Origin: Microthyrium microscopicum
Taxonomy: Eukaryota
Assembly (NCBI GenBank): GCA_010405405.1
Contig: MU004244.1
Location: 561,895 to 625,894, forward strand
Direction: 5' to 3'
DNA length: 64,000 nt
The translations under genes and the position numbers were made by a program. Shown in pieces: positions 49,560 through 60,224 of this stretch. Positions within the stretch are counted from its first letter, which is position 1. Each line of letters opens with the position of its first letter. The notes below the pieces were generated by a model. The model was given only the letters and a program-made list of their open reading frames with translations. It was not told the origin of the DNA and did not search any database.

Positions 49560-51009
49560 CTATGATCGCCATTTCGGCGGATTCATAGAATCTGCAAGAG
49601 ATTTCGCCGCTCTCTTCGCGTTTACACGAGTTAGCTCCTCCTGTAGAGAGTAGCTTAAATTGTTTATGAATCCTATGTATTGCATTAGCGTAAATTCGTT
49701 TCATGAGTGCCTTGTATAATATGCACTTACCAACCTGCCGAACATCACCATGATTGCCGTTCCAGCCAGATTGATGACCAAGCTTTTTGAGCTCTACAGA
49801 GTTGACGTTGATAGTAAGGTCACAATTATTGACGGTAGACCCAAAGTTATTGGCCTTGAGATCTGGAGTGAATCCATGAAGCTGCAGAACCAGGCTCGTT
49901 TCTTCCGCCGAATCCGAATCAGATGGATGAACCAACCCGGCTCTGAAAAGAGGCCTTTCTTTCGCCTTACTTTGAGACTTTGCATCATGATCCCACGGCC
50001 TGTTTGGCCATTTTGCAGCATAAACAACGTAAAAGTCCTTGGTGAGTGGGCAACACCAACGACTCTCGAGGTTCTTTTTCCCTTCATGTTGGTACACTAC
50101 CCAGAATTGTTGAGCAGCTGGCTCTACTGCGAACATGATCTTCCCCTTCCCGAGCTCTGTGGCAAAATTAATTGATTCTCCTTCTTTGTTGACTCGTAAT
50201 GTGCCATTCCTGATAGAACAATTAGAATATAAGTCTACACGAGAGTTGCACGGCACATACCACTTTGCCTTAATTTTGAACTTCCTCGCGGGCACCGTGG
50301 TCTTTCTTTTCCAATCGACCATGATGGCTTCATCGTCGTGGTGTTTTGAGGCAAGCTTCTTTGAACAGACAGTATGAATCGATCCATATCCTGTGCCTGT
50401 GGACTTATCATCACAGAAAGAGGAGCTGGTTGACATCAGCTGCGTTTCTGATGGTATCTTTGGGCAGTCTGCAGTTCCAAATATTTCAGATGACGATAAG
50501 AAAGTGTGCCGAACATCATCAATAGCTCGGATTTCCGCCTTCAGCTTCTCAGCTGCTTCGTTTGTGCCTCTAAAATCTCAAATCAGTAGACACAGATGAG
50601 TTGGAATAACTCTATCTTACTGGGAAAAGGACACCTGAGACCACGTTAGCATCTGCGCATAGCCTTCCAATCGCATAGTCAAAAAGTATTCCTCTTTTGG
50701 ACGTAAAGGCCACTTCATTCCATTCCGTGGGCGCAGTCTTTGACATAATTCAGACAATGTTTTTTGAAGACTCCCGAGCACCAGATTTGTAGACGACGTC
50801 CAAGTTTCGTTAAATTCAGATTTGTTGAAAGTGTATTGGGCCAGATGGAGAGACGTCAGAATGTCGTTGACATTGCCTAATTGTTGTAGGACCTTCTTCG
50901 GCCCATCTGAGTTATCGAAAGCAAGCCTGACTCTAGCCAGTCTCTTGATGCTAGTGATGATTTTCAGAACGTCTGCTATTAAAGCGAAGGTCAAGCGTAG
51001 TTCTGCCAT
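49560..51009 (-). CDS. Uncharacterised protein A: helical HeLo/SesA-like N-terminal domain plus beta-rich (PH-like) C-terminal domain, 4 exons
   Basis: MAELRLTFALIADVLKI...LQKTLSEL...MKWPLRPKE...RLEGYAQML; introns after FSQ, within KAKW and after RQV; ends MNPPKWRS*. Confidence 0.7.
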
Positions 51010-51548
51010 AGTGGGTGGTACTGTAGAGTTACGGTGAGCAGGCGATAATGCTATGCACAAGACCAAACCAAATCCCCTTTCATGGTAGACATACTCTGCG
51101 GCCAAATCGCTTGGCGATGACTGTCTTTAGTGGTACTGATAACTGATTTTTCACATGATCGTGATGACTTGGTGCACTACCGGTTGGACATTCCAACAAT
51201 CACTTCTCAAAAACATTGGCATCTCTTGGCTCTGGATTTAAGATCTTTTTATTCATGAGGGCATTAACCGGTATACAAAATAAATGGCGCGCCCCATCGA
51301 CTTCGATGGCTCCCACTCGTTAGGCTCTGGTATCGAGTGCTTTATTGACCATATCGATGAGACGTTTGTACCGGCACAGTTTATCGAATGCAATGGAAAC
51401 CATAGCGCCTTTTGTTTAAAATCGTTCGTGGTAGCGCACGCGAGTTATTTGTCTATCATTTGAACGGTTGGCGTACAGTTTCCTTCATAAAGTGACTGCA
51501 ACACTAAGCAATGATGCTTTGTGCCTCTAGTGGACCAGTATCACTAGG

Positions 51549-52875
51549 TTAATCATTGTTGCTACGCCATCTAGGCGGGTTCATACCAGCGGCAACAAGT
51601 ATTCTTCTGCCTTCTTGTTGATCCTCGAGCGTACTGTTGCCGATTAATGCATCACTCAGCCTCTTGACGAAGTCATCATTACGGACATGGCCTGTTTCAG
51701 TGGTCAGTCAAGTAAGCGTGCGATAAACACCAGTAGAAAAGCACTCACTGTTGTGGCGATAACCCTTGTTACGTTTGAGCATATACGCTCGGTAGTATGA
51801 GCTATTAATCTTGATGTTGAGTACAGACCTGTGCTGAGCGAGCTGGGTCACACATGGCCTCATATCCGGAGTAAGTCCAAGAAACCGCACAGTTACCTTG
51901 GGCCAGACACAGGGACTCGGGGCATAGTAGCAGGCCTTGAAAGAAGGACTAGGTTGAGCTCGAGACCAACCTTCTCCAAATCGCAGAAAGCATTTCGAAC
52001 GATATTTTACCTTCAAGCTTGGGCTTAGCAGACATGACCAGCGACTTTCATGCGTTCCTTGTCCATCAGGTTGGAAAATTACCCAGAATAGTGAAGTAAA
52101 GTCTTCTATTGCAAATATGATGGTTCCTGCTCCAAGGTCTATTGAGCCATTGTTTGCGACACTTTCGTCTTGTACTTGCAATCGAGCTCCAGGCCTAGTG
52201 GTTATGGTCAGCTCGTTCAATACCTGAAATGAACTGTAGAAAGAAATTTACCACTTATCAAGGATCTGAAACTCCTTGTTTTTCTCTACATCCTTCTTCA
52301 TCATTGTGAATTGGTCAGTAACAATATTTTCACGATCATCTTCCTCTTCCTGAATTGTGCCACATGATCCCAATGACTGGTTAGTGATGGATGATTGTGT
52401 TAACTTGGATCGCGGCTTGCCTAGCATAGGAGTGTGTCTAATTGCTTCAAGTACAGAATGGGAGCACGAGACTACATTCTCAGTCGCAATAATGACCATA
52501 ATCTCTTCCGTTGCTTCTTCGGATTTCCGGTATGGCTCCGGAATGTCTTTCCTGTTTTTGTCAATTAGCTTGTGATCAAATGACAACCTAGGTATTTAAA
52601 ACGACAAGGACTTACTTCCGTGCGGAGATTTTTCTCAACCCATAAAGCTTCATGAGCAAGCAGTACAACCGCAGGAGCAGATCAATATGATTGTTGGGGT
52701 GATCAGGCCACGTTATTGTCCAGCGAAGATTGAGCTCTTCCTTTGGCATGAATTCTTCTATCGTTGTCTCGTAATCAAAGACAGCTTGTAGTCGTATAAG
52801 TCCGGAAGGTGTGATCAGCCTTTGTAGAATATTTGCTGGGGAAGCAGATATCGTAAACGATGAATCTTCTGCCAT
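51549..52875 (-). CDS. Uncharacterised protein B, tandem paralogue of 49560-51009, 4 exons
   Basis: MAEDSSFTISA...LIRLQAVFD; LDKW/PGARLQV...LGAGTIIFAIE...FWVIFQ...ESRWSCLL...GLTPD; ends MNPPRWRSNND*. Confidence 0.7.
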
Positions 52876-53614
52876 AGTATCTGATATAGCCTGAAATATT
52901 TTGAGAGGTGTGATTATTCTGAAAGATCTGCAGATTTCAAGCTTGCCTCTCTTTATGCTCTGGCCAAGTGACTTGGCGGCAGCATCTTTGGTTATGATCG
53001 TGGTGCTGTGGTACGCTATCGTACATGTGATGATCGAATTTATCCCGTTAAGCATCTCTGAGCTTGCAGCAACTACATGCTGGTACGTCGGATCGTAAAG
53101 TGCCCAGTATTTGTCATCTAGCGGCTCACCAGTATTGTTAAGGCTTTTAGCTTAGATGTTGTGCTGAACAAAAATATCAGGCCAAGATCATAATTGTCGT
53201 CATCGCATGTCGGCTTAGGTAGATGGTATTAATCTCAGCCTGAATCGGTAATGGGGACGCTCGAATATCACAATTGGCCAATTTCCCCGACTGGGTAAAT
53301 ATTCATTAGGTAAGCACTGTCACGCTCTGCGTGCTCGGGCACAAACTGATAAATTGATCGTCATGGTGAAGATGACAGGCAGGAAGCGTGTTGTCTGGAA
53401 TACAACACGACCTCATGTGTTGAGGCGGTTTTTGAGATAGAAGTTTGGGAAAGAACCATCTGGACTCAATTAAGCGTTGAATTCTAATTGTTTGTAATAA
53501 CACTTAAAGGTAATAGCCTCCTTCAAAGCTACAAGATCTCGGATCTATTTCTTGCAAGAGTTCATTTTTCGTGAATTTTCACTTCCCTCGATCATTTCCA
53601 GAGAGCCTGTGAAT

Positions 53615-54175
53615 ATGTCAGACAAAGATCGTTCCGGCCGGGGTAAACCATGTGCATACAAACAACTACTAAAAGCCAAAGAAGAGCGCGACCAACGTCG
53701 ATTACAAGAACGAGGACATAGTCTCTTGGCAGCACAGCAACTTCGTGACGAAAAAGAAGCAGCCGAGGATCAAGCTACATCCAGTTCGCAAGCCTATAGT
53801 TGGGAGAGCTTGTCAGCGGAAGAAATCGCTGCCGCCGCGGTAGAAGCTGCATCCGCTTCGAAACCTGTTGACCCGCAGGCCATGGCAAACGAAGCTTTGC
53901 GGGAAATGAACAGAGTAGATGGAGCACATGCTACCAGTCAGACTGCATCAGCGTCACAATTCGAAGAACTTGGTGGCCTTGGTATGCCTGGATATCACCG
54001 CGTTACAAGGAAGGAAGCTGCTCGCGCGGAACGCGAAGGCTTTGATGGCACTGATTGGCAGGGCATCTCGCCAACAGAAATTGCTGCTGCGCGTCGAGCT
54101 GAGCCTATTCCGCAACCTGGAAAGCGTGAAGAAGATGACTGGGAAGAGGTTCCGGAGGAAGGTGATTCGCCATAA
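53615..54175 (+). CDS. Hypothetical charged, Ala-rich protein
   Basis: 186-aa ORF starting MSDKDRSG with protein-like composition. No family recognised. Confidence 0.6.
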   Translation: MSDKDRSGRGKPCAYKQLLKAKEERDQRRLQERGHSLLAAQQLRDEKEAAEDQATSSSQAYSWESLSAEEIAAAAVEAASASKPVDPQAMANEALREMNRVDGAHATSQTASASQFEELGGLGMPGYHRVTRKEAARAEREGFDGTDWQGISPTEIAAARRAEPIPQPGKREEDDWEEVPEEGDSP

Positions 54176-54897
54176 GATAGGCATGTAAACGAAATAACGG
54201 GAGAAATGCTGTGTTCCAGTTATACATAGATGATTATGCAAAGGCGATACTCCAAAAACATTGATAATCATAACGTTTAGGTGCTCCAATTCATTGCCGT
54301 GTTGACCATCGCGGTCGCAGTAGAGGTATGAGGCTCTGCGACTGAGAGTGTGAGAGTATCCGCGACTTTGCAAATAGTCTGTATTCATTAGTCCGCTGAA
54401 TGGAGAGGCCCGAAAATCAGGATGTGAAACATGCTAGATACAAAACCCGGCATCATATCCGCAAAGTAAGTATCGCGCTCCCATTCACGTTGATATATGT
54501 CAGCTTGTTATAAACCACGGCTTTTACCGAGTGCTCCGATGCCCATCATATTCAATGAATGATTATGAACTGAAGGCCTTCGCGGAAAGCAAGCGCTTGA
54601 CATTGCAGCTGATGGCAGCCATTGTTGTTGGTAGGACTGTGCCATTCATTTTTCCAGTCTGTTGACCTAAAGAAGAGATGAAGTTGAGGAGAGCATCCCG
54701 TTGAGGAAGGAACACCAAAACGAAAAAAGGGGTACATGTGATATCGCGCTTATCTCGCGACTTAGCGTGTCAGGGGTAAGCTGTTTGACCTCAGGTGGCA
54801 AGCGCGTCATAAACAACTTCATCTTTTGCATGAACTCCCAGTTCTTCGTTGCTCCTTAACCTGGTCCAAGAATTAAATCTTTCTTGGTCAGGGAGCC

Positions 54898-56015
54898 ATG
54901 GCCAACGTGGAGGTCATAGATCTCACCGGAGACTCGCCTCCACCTAAACAGGCTACCAAAATCCAGCAGACTCAAGCTCTTACACAATATCCATTACAAC
55001 AACCCTATTCTTCATACCCATACTCACAAGCATATACAATGGCGGTCCAGGAAAAACCTCAGTCTTCTCGCTCAAAGAAACGCAAGGCACCAGCGAAAGA
55101 TCACGAAGATGCTCAGCCTAAGGCTCAATCCAAAAGTTCAAAAAAGCGCAAGGCCGCAACAGATGGCGAAGAAGGCGACAACGAAAAGAGACTACGCCGG
55201 TAAGCAATACCCACTCAGATAAGTAACGCATACTGATCAACCCAAGATTCCGCCAAAAGGAAACTTCAGCCTACCTTCAACTCAAAGAACGAGCACTAAC
55301 CCAAAAAATGTTCGTCCTATCTAGAACCCGGCACTCAAACGACGACCATCCGCATGAAGACATCAAGATCGCCGGCACTACTGGGAACGTGTACACGATT
55401 CAAATCGATGAACAACCTACTTGCGACTGTCCCTACGGTCTAAAGAACCCGCAGTGCAAGCACATCATATATGCGCTCATCAATGTCCTCAAAGCGCCTC
55501 GAGAATTACAATACCAGCTGGCATTCATCGCATCCGAACTGCGCGAAATCTTCAACAATGCACCACCGATTGTGAACCACGAAGATGTCGAGAAAGCTGA
55601 AGAAGGCGAGGATCCTAAACGCAAACCAATTGACGGTGAGGACTGTCCAATCTGCTTCACGCCTATGGATGCCAAAGCAAAGGGGAAGGACAAGCCCGTG
55701 TTCTGCAAAGCTGCTTGCGGCAACAATTTCCATGCCGAGTGTTTCGATGGATGGGCAGCTACCAAGCGAAGTGCGAGAGCCAAGGTGACGTGTCCGTTGT
55801 GTCGAAGTCTCTGGGAGGAAGCAGCGGGGCCGGCTCAGAATATTGGATCTGTGTTGCAAGGCTTGGACTCGGCACAAGTTAATGAGGATGGTTACGTGAA
55901 TGTGGCGAGACAGGTTGGTATGACGGGACAGCGGGACTACAGCACTTATCATCAGCATTGGGTGAATCGGCATGTCAGAGGCTCGGGTGATCGGGGTGAT
56001 TACTTTGGTTTCTAG
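54898..56015 (+). CDS. SWIM zinc finger plus RING finger protein, 2 exons
   Basis: EKRLRR/FRQK...MFVLSR...GTTGNVYTI...PTCDCP...CKHIIY (SWIM); CPICF...CGNNFHAECF..W...CPLCRSLW (RING). Confidence 0.9.
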
Positions 56016-56545
56016 TTTGGCTTCTTTGCTTGTACTATGTTTTGATTTTATCAATGTTGCTGGCGGTTTTGTGCTCTCTTTCTTGCAAGAGTACTGGAAT
56101 TTAGTCGAATACCCTGGGAGGTCGATTCTCATTTTATTGGTAAACTGCAGAAGAAGGTTGTTATTGCACTTTTATACCACAAAGTCTATCCAGTATTGGT
56201 AAAGAGACAGCAAATCAATTCATTAATAATCAGTAGAGCTTGAAATCCGCAGATAGCGTGATATCTGTCTATCCCATAATGTCCCTCAAACCCCCATAAT
56301 TACACCAATCGCTAAATTCAAGCCATGTGTTGCCGCTTGTTTGTGCCAGATGAATATTACTGACAGATCAAAACCCAGATCCGCCACAAAACATCGAGGC
56401 CCGATGTTGTTTCCAAAGTAGACCCCCCGAGACCATTAAACCAGGAGAGATCCATTTTCCCTGTTCCCAGCTCTTGTACAAATACCTCCGCACCAGCGCC
56501 ACAATATAAATACATATCCTCCAAGGCCCAAACGGACTCTTATCA

Positions 56546-57412
56546 TTACGAATCCTGCACCATATCATCATGATGCCCATCATGCCGCAAACTCCCACAC
56601 CCACCCTGCACTCCCGTATTTGTAAACGACCTCTCTCCATCCTCCGGTGGCGCCCTCGGTCCAACCATCCAATCTTCCATGGCCAGCCACTTACTCCAGC
56701 TTCGCTCACTCTCTTCGATTTCGGCAAGCTGCACGCGTTGTAAAGGCTTCATGAACGGCACGCTCTCATCCAACGCTCCAGACGAACCGCCGTCGTATTG
56801 GTATTTAACTTTCGCCCAGCCAACGCTCTTCGCCGCAAACATGTAATTCCGTCGCTCAATCTCATGCAATGGCCCAACGCCCTTCTTCCAGTCATTGCCG
56901 AAGAAGCCGTGCATAATCCCATCATCGTCGAACCCCGTCACCACGAGCCGTCGAATATATGGAATGAGTGAGAGGAACGGTAATGAGGGCGCAGGCGCTG
57001 GTGTGGTGGGTGATCGACTTGAGTGGTGGTTATTGGCGTACATGTGTGGATGGTGATGTGAAGGGAAAAACGCTGAGCTGGAAGGCGTGCTATGTCCTGA
57101 ACTCGATGCGGTGGGTAGTTGAGTGATTGGCGAGGGAGCCCATTGGAAGGGTAGGCGGATGTTGGTGAAGGCGGCGACGGCTTGGACCATGCCGCCGTGT
57201 TGTGCGTGGTTGATAAAGTAGCGCTGGCAGCTTTGGTAGGCGGGATACCAGGCGAGGAGCTCGAAAGGCGAGCCGTCGGATGTGGGTGCGAGAAGGGATG
57301 GTGAGTCGGTTATGCCGTTGAGGATGTTGTTGTTGAGTGTAGATGATGAGCCGTTTGGTGGGTGGAATTGTTGGGGCGGTGCGGAGGGATGGTGGTTGTT
57401 GTTGGATGTCAT
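56546..57412 (-). CDS. Conserved fungal protein of unknown function (family often auto-annotated 'ilp is an apoptosis inhibitor')
   Basis: WYPAYQSCQRYF..HAQH, SLIPYIRRLVVTGFD, GFFGNDW..GVGPLHEIERRNYMFAAKS, WLAMEDWMVGPRAP. Confidence 0.8.
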   Translation of the reverse strand: MTSNNNHHPSAPPQQFHPPNGSSSTLNNNILNGITDSPSLLAPTSDGSPFELLAWYPAYQSCQRYFINHAQHGGMVQAVAAFTNIRLPFQWAPSPITQLPTASSSGHSTPSSSAFFPSHHHPHMYANNHHSSRSPTTPAPAPSLPFLSLIPYIRRLVVTGFDDDGIMHGFFGNDWKKGVGPLHEIERRNYMFAAKSVGWAKVKYQYDGGSSGALDESVPFMKPLQRVQLAEIEESERSWSKWLAMEDWMVGPRAPPEDGERSFTNTGVQGGCGSLRHDGHHDDMVQDS

Positions 57413-60224
57413 GGTTTCGTCTGGGAATATTTGGCGATGGAGCTGAAGAGGATGGTAGAGACGATGAATAAATAGAAAAGGTCGTGAGCAGAATGCAGAC
57501 TACTCTTAATGCTGGGCCCTGGCTAAAAAGAAGATGCGGCGGGAGGAAGTGGGCTAATGTAGTGTATGATGGAAGCTATCCGGCTGAGCTGGGATTGGAG
57601 CAGGGGTAGGCGAGGTCCAGTAAATTGGTAAAGTTCGATGCTCTTAATTTAAGATGGATTGGCGTTAGAAGAGCTGGACAGCTAACGAGAAATTGATGGT
57701 AAATTGATGCAGCGATCCAGAATTTGAGGGTGCGATAGCCAGCGGCGAAGGTGGGGAATTTTGCAAGACGAAGAGACAAGAGATGTGGGTTGAGAAGGCG
57801 AGATTTCAAATAACAAGTCAAGTCTAGAGCTCCTTTTGACTTTATATCGTTCTGGAAGATAGCCGTGAGATGAATAAGCTTGGAGATGGATGGATTGGTT
57901 GAAATTGATGGAAAGATGGATTGATGGAAATGAGAAAGGTCAGAGCACAAGACTCAAGAGTGGAAACCAACGGGAAGAAAGTTGTAGGAGATCAAAAGCA
58001 GCAGATGGCGTCCTATTTAGGAAGATGCGGGCCTCGCACAGCATTTGAATCCTTCCTTTCTCTCGACTCGTCGCCTGTCTTCCCTTCTTCCCTTCTTTGT
58101 GCCAGACTAGGAGTTGGAAGTTGCCCAAGGTTGCCGCACACCTTACTGTCGATCATTTCCAATCCCTCCCTCCCCATCCAGCATCATCACCACCATAACC
58201 CAATCAATCTTTGGGGCCATATGGGCCGCGATGGTAGCCATGACCTAGTACGAAGTAGACAAGACAATTGCAAAACTAAAGACTTACAAGACCGGAATCT
58301 TCGTTATGCGAACAAGCGAAAAGCCAGCCGAGTACACCATTCGGTCACCACGCCGCAGTCCATGATCACGACACCAGGGTATCAAGTTATCACCAAGCAC
58401 TGCTCTAAGTCTGGCGCAAGCTTCTCCAGTTTCCTCCAGACCCGGCAGACCGCAACAAGGAATAAAAGAGGCCCGCTTGCTTGAGCCTCGCCCTGTAAAA
58501 GTCTTGCTAATCCGTGGGGGTCAACACCAACAGCATCTCCAGTTTCTTGAGTCTTCCATTATTGACATTCCAAATATGTCACTGTACCACGGGTATTGGA
58601 GCATACATTGATGTAATTCAGGGTCCAGGCGGAGTCTATTCCGCAGTGGCATATTGCTACTTGGTACCTTCACATAGTATCGCAACACTTCCAACCTCTT
58701 TCATCCTCAAAGGCTCAATAAAAATGAGTGCAGCATAATTTCTTGACCTATTCAGCATGGGTTCGGGGCCACAATTATGCAATGCTGCGAGCCTTCCAGG
58801 TACTGCTACTGAACAGCCATCTTCAACCTTGACGCCTTTATGCGAACTTTTCAACTTCCGCTATCGTCATTCGACTTAGAACAACCTTAATCAAAGGATA
58901 CCCTACATAGCAGCATAACATGCATATCAACCTCTTCATCACCCTAGCTCAGCTGAACTAAAGTTTCTTGAACAAGGTTACAATTGCCCTCTACCAATTG
59001 AATCCTAGACAACAGGCGGTGGGAAAAAGTCATTGTGGTGCAAATACCACCAAGAAACCAGCGAGCCGGTAGTCAATGCTAGATTGTATCATTGTTTAAG
59101 GGTTCCTGGGCGCTACACACTTGACGCTTGCCAATTGAGTCCGCCTTGGCTTGACAATCCCAGTTAAAAGTATTGCCTTTTCTTCGCCCGTATTGTACCT
59201 GCGGCCTGAATGCGGAGAGTTCCTTCGAGTTGCCTTTCAAAAACCAACAGGAACCATTCAACCAATCTTTGTGCGACTCACCCAACACCCGGTCAGCTAG
59301 CCACGGTACAAACCTAGTGATATTTCTAGAAGCGTAGAGAGGAGAATCACCACATTAGTATACATAAAGACAAACTGGCGAGAGCTGTATACATGATATA
59401 CAATTATCACCCATGTCTTGCCCTGCATAAAAATTCCCCCAGCATACTTTTTGATAATACTCCAAGCATCCTCAATAGTCCTAGAAAGAATACCATGAAA
59501 TAATCCCATCAACCTTGCTCTAGTCAGTACCCCATGTTCAAAATCTCACCCCGAAGAATTTCGGACTCCAGCCTTGCTCCAGGATAATGAACCCTTGCTT
59601 TTCGCCAAATATTCGCTAAACTAGTGCGTTCGCAAATCATATTCATTCCCAGTTATTTGGTTCTTTGCCGCGTGCCCGCGTTCCTGACTTGCCTAACTAC
59701 GTCTCAACTCCAGAAATGGTGAGAGCTGCGAGAAACAGGACGAAGCATGGAAATGTTTCAAAAGTGGAGGATTTCCTTTTCTAGTCATTGATTTCCGAGT
59801 CCTTGGGAGATTTTTTTTCGGTAGGTAAGACAGTTGTCACATTCGCAAGAGTTATCGTCGATCCGTCCACTTCTTTCCCAATTCTTCTTGTTCTCACGTT
59901 CAAGAGCGATAACAAAACTTGCGAGGATTGGATGCTTTTCACACACCTCATAGTACATTGCGGTTCCCACGGAATGCGATGGGAGCCATGATAATGGCAA
60001 AGTCAGTACATCTCTCTCTCTGTGTGAGTGAACTGGGAGCAAAGCGTCAAAATTTATTGTCTCTCATTAAGTCTCCATTGCTTCAAACTCCCAATATTCT
60101 TCGACTCGCATCAAAATCACAAATCGCGACCGGCCAACGGTTACCGTGGAGTCAAATGTGACTAGAGCCAAAAAGTTCGATATTGAGCCAAATGGTCGCA
60201 GAAGTATCGCAAACGACACAGGTC

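Noticed and set aside
49531..50436. 301-aa single-exon ORF as a stand-alone gene
   Set aside because: It reads through two introns. The spliced C-terminus (MNPPKWRS) matches the paralogue, whereas the read-through end does not.
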